Counted from the stretch's first letter, positions 12,538 to 25,863 are shown. The stretch: DNA of 64,000 nucleotides from Octopus vulgaris (GCA_951406725.2 OX597825.1:78430001-78494000); one strand, 5' to 3'. The notes: generated by a model not told the origin, from the letters alone. Numbers and translations: made by a program.

Positions 12538-14164
12538 GTTCTGCACAGCTTCTGTCGATCCAAATTCATTCAGAGGACATGGATGTCCCCGAGGCTATGA
12601 TAAAAGATATTTGTCCCAAATGCCACAGGGTTATATTCAACCTTTGACCTCATGACTGCGAAACGAACGTCTTAACCATTGATCGTGTCTTCCTCAGTTC
12701 TTAGCTGCAATAAAACTAACCAACCAAAGCAATCAACCACCAGTTAAACAATCAACCAATCAACCAATTAACTAACCAATCAACTAACCAATCGATCAAC
12801 CAACTCAACCAGCCAGTCAGCCAACTAACCAATCAGCTAATCAATGGCGTGACGAAGAGAGATGGTGGGAGGAAGAAATGAAGAGAGAGGGAGAGGCAGG
12901 CGGAAGGAAGGAGACCCAGGGAGAGAAAGATGGGGCAGTCATAATGCGTGAGAGGGCGATGGAGGGAGAGAAGTAGAGAGGGGAGAAAGAGAGAGAGGGA
13001 GAGAAAGAGAGAGGGGAGAAAGAGAGAGAGGGAGAGAAAGAGAGAGAGGGAGAGAAAGAGAGAGGGGAGAAAGAGAGAGAGGGAGAGAAAGAGAGAGAGG
13101 AGAAAGAGAGAGAGGGTGAGAAAGAGAGAGGGAGAGACGAATCAAAAAATTAATCTTAGTTCTTTTTGTTGTTGTTTTTTCTTCTTTATTTAATTTCAGT
13201 TATTCTTAATTCTTCATTTCCTTCCCTGGGGGCCGGGAGGGAGATGCCTGCCTGAGATGAAGAGGTATGGATGGATGGGGTGAGTAAAAGTAATAAATAT
13301 CAACGTTTGTTTATTTCTCATTCATGAAAAGTAAAAACCAAAATTTTGAAACGCAGACAAAAAAGAAATCAAAATAAACCCCAAGAAATTCTTCAGCTTG
13401 GTTTTCACAATCCTTATCCTCACGCAAAGATCAGAAGTTCTAGTTTATCGATTTGGTTTCGAACTTTTAAGACAATTTCCAAGAATAATTTATCACTTTT
13501 GTTATTTATACAGAAATAAAGAAAAACAAATTGTTTATTTATTTTTTTCTAACCAATCAGAACGTTTCATATTCAACTAAACACAATAACTAGTTTTGTG
13601 TGCATTTTGCGCGTGTCGGGTTGAGCATGCGTACGTGCGTGCGTGGGTGCGTGTGCGTGTGCGCATGTGCGCATGTGTGTGTGTGTGTGTGTAAGGGGAG
13701 TCAGTAATCCAATGAATCGATCCACGACACTCATCCTATCAATGATAGGATCTAACGAGACAGCCTCAACGTGGTCACTCGACAGGCTAGAGATTGCAGC
13801 CAAATATTTCTCAAATTGCTTATTTCTCTTCCCTTTTGCACCACAAAATCGAGGGGAGCAAGTCGATTACATCGACCACCCCAATAACTTCATTGGTACG
13901 TTCTTATATCAACCACGAAAAGATGAAGGGCACAGTCGACCTAAGTGGGATTTGAGCCCAGAACATTGAGAAGCAGAAGAAATTACGCTAAACATTTCGA
14001 TCGACGCGCTAACGATTCTACCAATGCGGTCCAAGATACAGTATGTCACAAAAATAGATGCTGATCTAGAGAACAGAGCAGGAATGCCTCAAATGATGGT
14101 TCTTCTGGATCAGGGCTGAATCGAGACTAAACAACAACAACAACAACAACAGCAACAACGACAA

Positions 14165-14266
14165 CAATTTCGCTTATGGCATTGTTTTCAAAATTTCGCT
14201 TAATGGCATTGTTTTCAGAATTTCGCTTAATGGCATTGTTTTCGCTTAATGGCATTGTTTTCAGAA
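14165..14266. repeat. Minisatellite, ~26 bp unit aatttcgcttaatggcattgttttca
   Basis: About four imperfect tandem copies. Confidence 0.85.
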
Positions 14267-14275
14267 TCCTTTGTG

Positions 14276-14487
14276 ACAGAAAAATTAATAGGTAAATGGA
14301 TCTCAGTCTATTTCGACAATGCATACCTGTATAATTAATCAAATTAATGATCTACTCATTGAATTATCTTGTAAGTGGCCGAATATTCCGCCGACATGCG
14401 TATCCTTAAAGTAATTCTCATCCGGAATTAATACGATGTGTGACAAGGTCGGCCATTTTTAGTTAGAGATACAATCCATCTGACGGG
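14276..14487 (+). repeat. Local direct duplication, copy 2
   Basis: Matches 12325-12537. Confidence 0.9.
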
Positions 14488-14584
14488 ATTTTTCTGTTAT
14501 TAAACACAATGGGTTCATCATAGAAATATCTTCAGGGCTTTTCCATACCGTCTTTTAACTTTTATCCCTCACTAGTTTAAATCG

Positions 14585-14770
14585 CTGGACAGCGGCCATG
14601 CTGGGGCACCATCTTGAAGAGGTTTTAGTCGAACGACTCGTCCCAGTACATCTTCTTTTAAGCCTGGCATTTATTTTATTGATCTATTTTGCCGAAACGC
14701 TATGTTACAGAGGGGTAAACAAACCAACACCGGTGCTTAGGTGGTGGTAGGGGAGAACCGCAAACACACG
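14585..14770 (-). mobile_element. SINE family B 3' half, diverged
   Basis: gcggccatgctggggcacc...ttttgccgaaacgctatgttac matches 8855-8990. Confidence 0.75.
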
Positions 14771-14777
14771 CGCATAT

Positions 14778-14850
<73 letters not shown>

Positions 14851-14851
<1 letters not shown>

Positions 14852-14984
14852 CAACCTGTTGCAAAGACCCTCATTGTTATAATTATATATAATTTTACCG
14901 AATATGTTCCTTTTCCATACCGAAAAACTACTTGGTGAAATTTGTTGATTTTATTAAATTAATTATATTTCACCCTTTATCTGT

Positions 14985-14985
<1 letters not shown>
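14851..14985. repeat. Interspersed repeat in (TA)n, reverse-complement partner at 25860-25992
   Basis: gcaaagaccctcattgttataatt...atttcaccctttatctg mirrored at 25860-25992. Confidence 0.85.
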
Positions 14986-15043
<58 letters not shown>

Positions 15044-15117
15044 ATATTAGGGAATAAATCCAAATTTACAGGGAAAAATCAGATTTAAGCTTGAATTCAA
15101 TTTTATAGTAAAATATA

Positions 15118-15300
15118 ATATAATATTAATTAGAGATAAAACCACTATTATGCAAATCAAACAAAGAAAGACTTAATCCAATACATAAAAATTTTATATA
15201 AATTAAATAAAATTAATTTTATTTAATTTATATAAAAATTTTTATGTATTGGATTAAGTCTTTCTTTGTTTGATTTGCATAATAGTGGTTTTATCTCTAA

Positions 15301-15312
<12 letters not shown>
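15118..15312. repeat. Near-perfect spacerless palindrome (~97 bp arms)
   Basis: Centre at 15214/15215 (aaaatt|aatttt); I see only one 1-nt indel between the arms. Confidence 0.9.
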
Positions 15313-15357
<45 letters not shown>

Positions 15358-15424
15358 TGAACATACATAAATACATACATACACTGATAAATACGTGCGT
15401 ACACACACATACATACATACATAC

Positions 15425-16112
15425 TATGTCCGGAGACAATAAAAAGTTGTCATGCAAAGCTGATGACCACGGGCTCTGGGAACGATGCTAGAAGAAGTGG
15501 TTTCCAACCACATCCCGATCAGCGGAGAGCGTGGCAACAGTGCAGGAGATGCTTAATCGCAGCCCACAAAAATCAACATGTCAGGCAGTTCGTGAAAGTG
15601 GACTAACAAGACACACAATACGTACGGTGTTGCATAGAGAATTGAATTTTCGTCAGTGGAAACCCCATTACGAGCAGGAGCTAAAACCTGAAGACCGTGA
15701 CCACAGAATTTCAGACGTCCAGAAGTCCCAAGAAGTCCAGATCTCACTGCATGTGATATTCACCCGTGGGGTTACACAAAAGAGGTGTATAAGAAAAAAA
15801 CCCTCACAAATTGGAGGACTTGGAGACACGGATTCAGGAGGTTCAAAGTGATATCGCAGACGGCATCCTTATAAAGGTTGTTCGCTCCAACCCTGGCTGT
15901 TTGAGGAAACTTGTTGACGCCACCGGTGCTTACATTAAAATATGAAGATTTACTTTCATTCTCCCATGTAATAAAGAACATTTGTTCCAATTGTAGCATT
16001 TGTTCCAATTGTAGCATTTGTTCCATTTGTAGCATTTGTTCCAATAAATTTGTAGAAGGAATATGGATTTCATTATCAATTTTTAATGCCTACTTACTTT
16101 TCATTCACCCTG
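15425..16112 (+). mobile_element. Internally deleted Tc1/mariner-superfamily transposon
   Basis: HTH region (VATVQEMLNRSPQKST...LNFRQWKPHYEQELKPEDRDHR) joined to the SPDLT.CD...LEDLETRIQEV...RKLVDATGAYIKI C-terminus; right end ...ttcattcaccctg|ta. Confidence 0.85.
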
Positions 16113-16352
16113 TAAATATATATGTGTGTGTGTATTTGAGGAATTTTATAAGACTTGCAACTCTTCCTATCCAATATTTTGAAAAGTAGTAAAATTCCTC
16201 GGAACAAACAATGAATATCAAATGGGGATTAACCGGAAGTAGGACCAAAAGTGGAAGGAAGAAGCTAACAAGAGTTAAATGATATAGTTATTCCGTTTGA
16301 TAATTTGATTTCATAATTGGTTTTTCAGAATTGGCGTCAAGATTCCGTTTCA

Positions 16353-16455
16353 GTAGCATTTGTTCCATTTAACAACAGGAGTAGCATTTGTTCCATTTGT
16401 AGCATTTGTTCCATTTGTAGCATTTGTTCCATTTGTAGCATTTGTTCCATTTGTA
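16353..16455. repeat. 18 bp minisatellite gtagcatttgttccattt
   Basis: About five copies; same unit as 15979-16045 inside the Tc1 remnant. Confidence 0.9.
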
Positions 16456-16699
16456 TCACTAATACCATCACCACCAGCAACTACGACAATAACAACAACA
16501 ACAGCAACAACCGTGATGTAGGTAAGCAACAGAGACATTGGATTTCACTGGAAATGTTCTTGGAACAATTATCTTTGTCGCTGATTAAGTTTGATAACGA
16601 GGTTAAGCAAATAGAAGTGTTGACGGTGGGTGAAAGGGAACTCCTTTCTCACTTCCTGTCTTCTTGCGATATCTGATAGCGCAGAATCATGTATATGTG

Positions 16700-16732
<33 letters not shown>

Positions 16733-16763
16733 ATGTATGGATGTGTGTGTGTTCTGTGTGTAC

Positions 16764-16795
<32 letters not shown>

Positions 16796-16822
16796 GTGTG
16801 TGTCTGTGTGTGTGTAAGCATG

Positions 16823-16907
<85 letters not shown>

Positions 16908-16944
16908 ATGCATGCGTATATATGTATATATATGTACACACAGA

Positions 16945-17035
<91 letters not shown>

Positions 17036-17121
17036 ACTTGTCAACAGCTACTCACATTTAATACTTTTGTATTTGCATATAATAAACATATATGTGGGTA
17101 TATGTACACATAATACATATC

Positions 17122-17164
<43 letters not shown>

Positions 17165-17483
17165 ATGTGTGTGTGTGTATTTATGTATGTATGTATGCAT
17201 GTTTATGTATATACGCATACATACTCAAACATAAGAACATATATATACATAAATATCATATATGTGTGTGTGTGTTCATATTCATGCGTGATTGTATCAG
17301 ATGTGAACAGATGTTGACAAATTACATATTCAGTATGTTTGTTTACGTGCATGTGTGTGTGCGCGCGTGTATTGTTTGTGTGTATAACTGTATATGCATA
17401 TTTGTAAATACATTATTTATATACATGTATATATGTACACACAGATCTATATGGATACGTATACATGCATATATACATTATAC

Positions 17484-17530
<47 letters not shown>

Positions 17531-17556
17531 TACGTACATATGTCTGTACATATATA

Positions 17557-17619
<63 letters not shown>

Positions 17620-18813
17620 TGTGTGTGTGTGTGTGTGTGTGTATGTATCAAGCTGATTAATCAATTCTTTAGTCGTGCATTTTATGAAACATGCATAATT
17701 GAAGAACTGTTCTGATAAACAACCCCGACCTGCACACTGCCACACCCCTCCGCAAACTCATGTAGACTCATCCACACCCCGACATCCATTTCTCTCCCAC
17801 CCCACCACTCCATACACACGTTACATTCATATACGTTTGTAGAAACAGAAAGCCGCCATTTTTTCCTCCATTTTCATTGAAGACATTTCGTGTTTCAAAC
17901 ATAGCTACCAATTATTTTTTTAACTAAATTTCGTGAAGATTTTCCAGTTTACAAAATTAATTATTTCATTCTTCTTATTTGTTTTTTTTTTATCTTTAAC
18001 TTTCCTGTTCAAATCTTTCCAAAAACTATTCACTTTTTTTTTTTTACTATAATTTCTCGAACATAATCAAGAATTTTAGTTGAAATTAATTTCGTTTCAC
18101 GCTTTGTATTTTCCTATTTCAAATGATGAATGCAAACTTTTAGTGCTTGTCTGTTGTCGTTTGACGTCACAGTTCCTGTCTTTAACCTACTCCTCCTCTT
18201 CCTTCTCCCCACTTCTTCTTTTCTTCTTCTTCTCATCCACTCGTTAGATATCATGGTTAAGTTGTTAATCTGTTGATAGCACAGTTTTAATACCCATTCC
18301 TGGTTGCTGTTGTGCTAATTGTTTAACTCCAGGGTAGCTTTCATTCACAAACCTATAATCAAAGAATTTCCAATTATGACCACCTTGTCTTTATATAAAA
18401 GGCTCTCAGATAGATTTGTTCTTTTCTTCTGCTTTTTTTCTTTTACATAGCGCGCCATCATCTTGTCTGAAAAGAGGTGAAATTTATTCAAATTTCAAAA
18501 CCCTTATAACCAATACATTGAAAATAGGTTTTCGTATCAGATCAAATAACATATTAAAATGATTAACATAAATGAAAAAAATGGGTGAATTTGTCAGACA
18601 AACGTATATATATATATATATATATATATGAAAAAATAAAAGGAATGACTTCACTAGTAGTTCTTATCAGTTTAATTTAGTTTTAAAATTTTTACTAAAA
18701 TAAATTTTATTTCATATATATATATTACCTTGATAACGTTGACATAAATTTTTGCACATATTATTAGTAGTTTTAATAATAATATGTATATATTTACATG
18801 TGTATATATGAAC

Positions 18814-18899
<86 letters not shown>

Positions 18900-19201
18900 A
18901 TGTATATGTATATGTTAATGCAATTGAAACAATTGTTGGATTTTTAAGGTGTGATTTAAGATAAATACATGGTTTTCTCCGTACATATTATTCATTGTTG
19001 TTAATACTATGATTTTCTTAAAATTCTCCATAAGGATTGCTGGATTTACCTGTCACACATGAAGATTTACCTGAGATTTGCATTCTACATACATTTACTG
19101 GTATCTACTTGTTGGAAATTTAATCTTATTCCTTTACACTGAGTGCTTACCTGATATCTGCCAAGTCTTTTTAATCCCATTTTTACTTCTCTCTCTCTCT
19201 C

Positions 19202-19250
<49 letters not shown>

Positions 19251-19355
19251 TTATTCAAAAAGAATGAACCGATTTCATTATGCAATATTTTAATAAGGAA
19301 AAGCAATAAAAAACTCCAGCTGAGTCACAAGTATTTACTCACAATTAACTTTTAT

Positions 19356-19538
19356 TTCGCTTGACAACCGATGCTGGTGTGTTACGTCCCCGTAACTTAG
19401 CGGTTCGGCAAAAGAGAACGATAGAATAAGTACTAGGCTTACAAAGAATAAGTCCTGGGGTCGATTTGCTCGACCAAAGGCGGTGATCCAGCATGGCCAC
19501 AGTCAAGTGACTGAAACAAATAAGAGAGTAAAAGAGTA
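19356..19538 (+). mobile_element. SINE family B 3' half
   Basis: cgcttgacaaccgatgctggtgtgttacgtccccgtaacttagcggttcggc...gactgaaacaaataagagagtaaaagag. Confidence 0.9.
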
Positions 19539-20175
19539 ACAGCACAAACCATTTGAGAGTTTTCTGCTTTATGAGTGATACAAAAGAAATATCGCCAAAC
19601 AAATTTTTCAGACCAAAATTCCCCCCCCGCCCCAACAAAAAAAAAGAAGATAGGTTAACGTATACAATAAGATGACTTCGGAGGACCAAAAATTCCGTGT
19701 AAAATACAGCAGGGTTTTCGAAGAATAGTGACGATGTTTGAATGTTTAAATTACATGTTCACTAAGTATACTATGCCAACTTGTATGCCGGAAAATACGG
19801 TAGGCGATTTCGACTGTTACCATCACTTGTACCACAAGTGCACCAACATCATCACCGGCGGTACCAGAGGTTTACGAGTGAACTAGGAAACCTCTACGAA
19901 GTGATTTTGACCTGTATGAAATGGTAGGAAAATGTTCCTCGAATCATAACCTACAGTGTTTTTAAAAGACGAGCGACTTCGATAATTCTTTCTACCTTAA
20001 GAAGAAAGCCTGGAATTTTGAGTGAGGGTTAGTCGATTACTGTGCTCAACTAGTACTTATTTTGTCGACCACGAAAACATGAATAGCAAAGTCGACTCCG
20101 ACGGCATTTGAACTCAGAACGTAAAGAGAGAAGAAATGCTGTTAAGTATATTATCTGACGTGCTAACAATTCTGC

Positions 20176-20963
20176 CTATTTCTTTACTACCCACAAGGGG
20201 CTAAACACAGAGAGGAAAAAACAAGGACAGACAAACGGATTAAGTCGGATATATCGACGCCAGTGCGTAACTGGTACTTAATTTATCGACCCCGAAAGGA
20301 TGAAAGGCAAAGTCGACTTCGGCGGAATTTGAACTCAGAACGTAGCAGCAGACGAAATACCTATTTTGTTTTACTACCCACAAGGGGCTAAACGCAGAGG
20401 GGACAAACAAGGACAGACAAACGGATTAAGTCGATTATATCGACCCCAGTGCGTAACTGGTACTTAATTTATCGACCCCGAAAAGATGAAAGGCAAAGTC
20501 GACTCCGGCGGAATTTGAACTCAGAACGTAGCAGCAGACGAAATACCTACTTTGTTTTACTACCCACAAGAGGCTAAACGCAGAGGGGACAAACAAGGAC
20601 AGACAAACGGATTAAGTCGATTATATCGACCCCAGTGCGTAACTGGTACTTAATTTATCGACCCCGAAAAGATGAAAGGCAAAGTCGACTCCGGCGGAAT
20701 TTGAACTCAGAACGTAGCAGCAGACGAAATACCTACTTTGTTTTACTACCCACAAGGGGCTAAACGCAGAGGGGACAAACAAGGACAGACAAACGGATTA
20801 AGTCGATTATATCGACCCCAGTGCGTAACTGGTACTTATTTAATCGACCCCGAAAGAATGAAAGGCAAAGTCGGTCTCAGCAGAATTTGAACTCAGAACG
20901 TAACGGCAGACGAAATACCACTAAGCATTTCGCCCGGCGTGCTAACGATTCTGCCAGCTCGCT
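20176..20963 (-). mobile_element. Tandem tetramer of SINE family A (~186 bp period, one complete head)
   Basis: Units start at 20176, 20361, 20547 and 20733 on the + strand; junction gacgaaatac|cta(t/c)ttt; an older family A copy lies at ~20020-20175. Confidence 0.95.
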
Positions 20964-21421
20964 GTCTCGGCCGTATTCAACAATGTAATTCTTAATACAC
21001 CGTGTTTAAAAATAAGACGAGATGGTTAACGCTGGAATACCTTTGATAATTGGTTTGCTTGACCAGGTCTATCCTGGGGTTAAACGACAACAGCTACTTC
21101 AAGCGTTCTATGTTGGAAACCTCGGCACTTCTTTTCTGGTTGTTTTCCTCTTTTAATTTCTTTTTTTTTATTAATTTTGTATTAATTTTTATTTTTTTCG
21201 TCTGAATTGTTAATATGCAGGGCATAACGAATAAAACCTTGCAAATGAGAAAAATTAAACATCTCAAAGGTCGACACATGTTGTTGAAATAATGATTTAA
21301 ATACAAAGCGATTTTTTAAAGGGAAAAAAAAAATGATTTCGCGTGATTTGGTTTCTAAAATTTAAATTGCAAGGAAGCTTTTTATGTCAGTATTGTGTGT
21401 TTGTGCGTATGTCACATGCGT

Positions 21422-21462
<41 letters not shown>

Positions 21463-21699
21463 CTATTTATTTAGATATATACATACACACACAACACATG
21501 TAAATACATACACACACACAAACACTCACACACATATATATATGCATGTTTGTAAATGCATGCGTCTTTGCGTGTGTGTCTGGTTGTTGTACGTCGTTCG
21601 ATTCAATTTATTTATTTCAACCGAAGACATTACAAGTATTTACAATATACCAACAAAACAGAGAATGAGACATTTAAAGTCGAGAGTATCATAAATGGT

Positions 21700-22035
21700 A
21701 CCAGGCAGTGGCTCTCATGTCTTCTGATCTTAACTAATTGGAAATGTTATCATGTGCGTGTTTTGTCTTGGTAAAAAAGATGGGCTACAGCAAATATTCT
21801 GCTCAATATCACAGATTTGCCAGTCAGTTGTTTGACCATAACCAGTTGAGCATGTCCCTTAGTGGCTGACAATATGTGCATCTCTGATCACGAGCAGAAG
21901 TAGTGGGGGAGCATCATAGCCATGTGTTGAGAGGAATTCTTTGGGGTTTGAATAATTCACCTCTGGAAACAAGGGTTTTCATTCAAAATCCTTAAACGAC
22001 CCTTATTCAGGGACATTTTGAGTGGGATGAGCTGC
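21700..22035. repeat. Unclassified interspersed repeat (diverged reverse-complement fragment at ~26430-26590)
   Basis: gatgggctacagcaaatattctgctcaatatcacagatttgccagtcagttg mirrored by caactgacaagtaaatatgtgatattgtgcagaatatttgccgtagtccatc. Confidence 0.65.
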
Positions 22036-22477
22036 GTGCTATATGGCCCCAAAGTTAGACAAATTTTACTGTGAAAATTATGGGAGGAAAAATTAGAATA
22101 ATTTATTACCAGTGGTTCACATGCGTAATGAAAGTCATAAAACAACATATTTTCATATATAAGAGTGTATATAGATTTATACACAGAGAGAAGACCCTTG
22201 ACAGGTCTTCTTACATGCTAAAAAGGGCAGACTTTTATTACGCATGAGAACCACTGCTAATAAATTATTCTAATTTTTTATCCCCATAATTTACACAGTA
22301 TCTGTATACATACATATGTATGTATGTATATATATGTGCGTGTGTGTATATACATATATATATGTATACATATATATTTGTATATATATATATGTGTATA
22401 TACACATATATGTATATACACATATATGTATGAATATATGTATATATATATTTATACACATACATATGTATATTTAC

Positions 22478-22515
<38 letters not shown>

Positions 22516-23538
22516 TGTATCTATCTATCTATCTATATGTGTATATATATATATATACGAGCAAAACGCTCCCCGTCCAATGGACGGTGATGAGTTGTCA
22601 AACATTTAAACCAAATTTTCTCAAAACAACTTGTCCGACCGTTCTATAGGCCTCCCCTTTGTGAAACACTGATTTAACCTAAATTTGAGACACCAGCAAA
22701 AGAAGAAATAAAGGGAGACTTTTTTTCTATTCCAAAGAAAAACGATTTTATTCACACAAATATGGAACCGAAGAGTTTAAAGGACCAGTAATGATAAGAC
22801 TGTTGACTGGGAGAACACAATCGATTGTTGTAATTTTTTCAACACTTACACACGTCCTGATACCATCGGTATCTACATATCAGATTTGAGCGCAATCGGA
22901 TGGAGGATGCCCGAGATCCTAGAAGACACACACACACAGACAGACAGAACGGATTTTATATAATATATTATATATACACGAATGAGTAGACAAACAAAAG
23001 AAAGTGACTCTCAACATATTTGGTAGAGTTACATCTATTATTTGATAACATCAAACTGTTGCAAACTGTTATTAAAAAGTATGTATATACGTATGTATGT
23101 ATGTATGTATGTATGTATGTATGTATGTATGTATGTATGTATGTATGTATGTATGTATGTATGTATACATGTTTGTATGTATGTATGTATGTATGTACGT
23201 ATGTATGTATGTATGTATGTATGTATGTATGTATGGGTGTTTTCATGTGCCTTTGTTTGCGTTTTTGCCACCCCATTCCTCACCGCTTGACAACCGGTAC
23301 TGGTGTGTTTACTTCCTCATAACTTAGCGGTTCAACAAAAGAGGCTGATAGAATGTGGACCAAACTCTAAAACACAACAACAAAACAAAAATAAGTCATG
23401 GATTTAATTTGTTCGCCTTAACACCTTTCAAAGTGTTGCCCCCCAATATAGCAACATGACTGAAACAAGGGGGCAATCAAGAGATATTCTGTTACACCGA
23501 AACGTTTGAGCTCTAATTGTGTTGTCCAAACCTGTAAC

Positions 23539-23763
23539 TATTTCTTTACTGCCCACAAGGGGCTAAACATAGAGGGGACAAACAAGGACAGTCAAATGGA
23601 TTAAGTCAATTACATCGACCCCAGTGCGTAACTGGTACTTATTTAATCGACCCCGAAAGGATGAAAGGCAAAGTCGACCTCGGCGGAATTTGAACTCAGA
23701 ACGTAGCGGCAGACGAAATACGGCTACACATTTCACCCGGCGTGCTAACGTTTCTGCCAGCTC
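23539..23763 (-). mobile_element. SINE family A, near full-length, with 15 bp TSD
   Basis: TSD gtccaaacctgtaac at 23524-23538 and 23764-23778. Confidence 0.95.
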
Positions 23764-23902
23764 GTCCAAACCTGTAACACAGTGCTGTACTCGTGAAACG
23801 AAACCGAGTCCCTTCCGTTGTGTAGTAAAGCCTCTCAATACACCAGACTTTCATCTCCGACAGACTTAATAGAATTTCGCCAGCGATTATATTTTGGCTT
23901 CT

Positions 23903-24080
23903 CGTGTTCCCGTGTGTTTTATTGTAATCGTGAGAAGAAAGAAGAGACACGTTATGAGTAACACGAGACATCACACAGACACAATCACACAGACAAAAGT
24001 ATACCTGAATATATTCTCACGTACTCACATCCACCCACGCACTTGTGGCCCCATTCAATCTTTCGCTTTCTCAGCCTCTC

Positions 24081-24143
<63 letters not shown>

Positions 24144-24310
24144 CTCTTTCTGTGCCTCTCTCTCGTACGAAAGAGAAAGAGATATATATATAGAGGGAAA
24201 TAAGCAGACAGAGAGTTAAATCGAAAGCTAGATATAGATATGCCTATATATATACGTATATTTATTATGTGTATATATATATATATATATTATGTATATA
24301 TATATATATA

Positions 24311-24347
<37 letters not shown>

Positions 24348-24430
24348 AATATATATATATATACATATATGTATATATATATATATGTATATATATATGT
24401 ATATATATATATATACATATATATATATAC

Positions 24431-24525
<95 letters not shown>

Positions 24526-24590
24526 CACACACAAAGAGAGAAGGGTAAAAAGAAAATGAAAAGTGTAAATAGAGAGAGAGAAGAGAGAGA

Positions 24591-24650
<60 letters not shown>

Positions 24651-24772
24651 AGGAAAGAAAGAAAGAAGGAAATTGAGTCAGGGAGGGAAAAGAGAGAATG
24701 AACAAATGATAGAATGCAGCGTAAATGAATACGCTCTGATAGATATTCTCACCTGTAATAAAACTAGATATT
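23903..24772 (+). repeat. Inverted segmental duplication, left copy
   Basis: Non-microsatellite blocks are near-identical reverse complements of 34181-35027. Confidence 0.95.
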
Positions 24773-25000
24773 CTCATCTGTAATAATATTAAAAGGAATT
24801 AATGTTGTGGTGGAATTGTCATTTCTCGTTCAAACATTCTATTTTTTTTTTACCTCTTTATAGCGAAGGGAGTGAGAAAAAAAAAAGAGGAAAATGCTAG
24901 TTGACTGGAGTGTTATAGTACTTATCCTTGACTGGTAGGGACCTGTACATATGTGCATAAATGTATCTGTGTGTGTATGCGTTCATATATGTATATATAT

Positions 25001-25080
<80 letters not shown>

Positions 25081-25085
<5 letters not shown>

Positions 25086-25817
25086 ATAGTCAAAATGCGA
25101 TAAAATAAATTATTATCGCCGGTGATCTAGCACAAAAGACATTTCAGCCATAGGCTATATGTTATTCATATATAAGTACATTAAAAGGCTTCTAAAAGAA
25201 GAAGTGAGTACTAGATACACAAAAGTTGGATAAATTCAGTGAAATGAAAATTAAAAACGTTTACAAACTCGGTTCATCTTATACTGCAGTTTCGTCTTTT
25301 TCAGCATTAAATATAATTTACCTGCTCAGGTCAGATTCTTCAGTAAGCAACCTGTTATTCTAGAAGTGCATATCAATAGAAGCATGTGCGACTCTACTAA
25401 TTTGCTTTCTCTAACTTTTCAAATCATTGCGCAGACGCAGAACATACCCGACAAACAGAGGGGGTTCTGGTATAGGGTCTAACGGTCAAAATTTATCGAG
25501 AAATACGTAAACATAGTCAAAATGCGATATGTTTACGTATTTCTCGATAACTTTTGACCGTTAGACCCTATACCAGAACCCCCTCTGTTTGTCGGGTATG
25601 TTCTGCGTCTGCGCAATGATTTGAAAAGTTAGAGAAAGCAAATTAGTAGAGTCGCACATGCTTCTATTGATATGCACTTCTAGAATAACAGGTTGCTTAC
25701 TGAAGAATCTGACCTGAGCAGGTAAATTATATTTAATGCTGAAAAAGACGAAACTGCAGTATAAGATGAACCGAGTTTGTAAACGTTTTTAATTTTCATT
25801 TCACTGAATTTATCCAA

Positions 25818-25820
<3 letters not shown>
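25081..25820. mobile_element. PLE-like pseudo-LTR cassette: short direct repeat plus ~290 bp inverted repeat, embedded in (TA)n
   Basis: 25223-25514 vs 25529-25820 inverted (one mismatch seen); taaacatagtcaaaatgcgata repeated at 25081 and 25508; hammerhead core in each arm. Confidence 0.8.
25696..25765 (+). ncRNA. Type-I hammerhead ribozyme motif (mirror on minus strand at 25278-25347)
   Basis: ctta CTGAAGA atct...agac GAAAC tgca GTA taag: helix I ctta/taag, intact core, GUA triplet, palindromic ACTGCAGT helix III; first helix II pair is an A-C mismatch. Confidence 0.75.

Positions 25821-25863
<43 letters not shown>

Noticed and set aside
10940-13490. Short shared words ttatcctcacg and ttaag.caattccaagaa at ~10940-11150 and ~13412-13490
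   Set aside because: Spacing differs and the matches are too short in AT-rich DNA to claim homology.
20176-20963. Regular array could be mistaken for CRISPR
   Set aside because: The units are whole SINE bodies with no unique spacers, there are no cas genes, and the context is eukaryotic.
22600-22965. Possible non-autonomous Helitron/Helentron-like end (aatcgg...acacacagacagacaga...ttttatata)
   Set aside because: Resemblance from memory only; termini and hairpin are not defined.
25135-25180. agcc-tat-ggct GAAA on the minus strand as another hammerhead
   Set aside because: No CUGANGA-like segment upstream.
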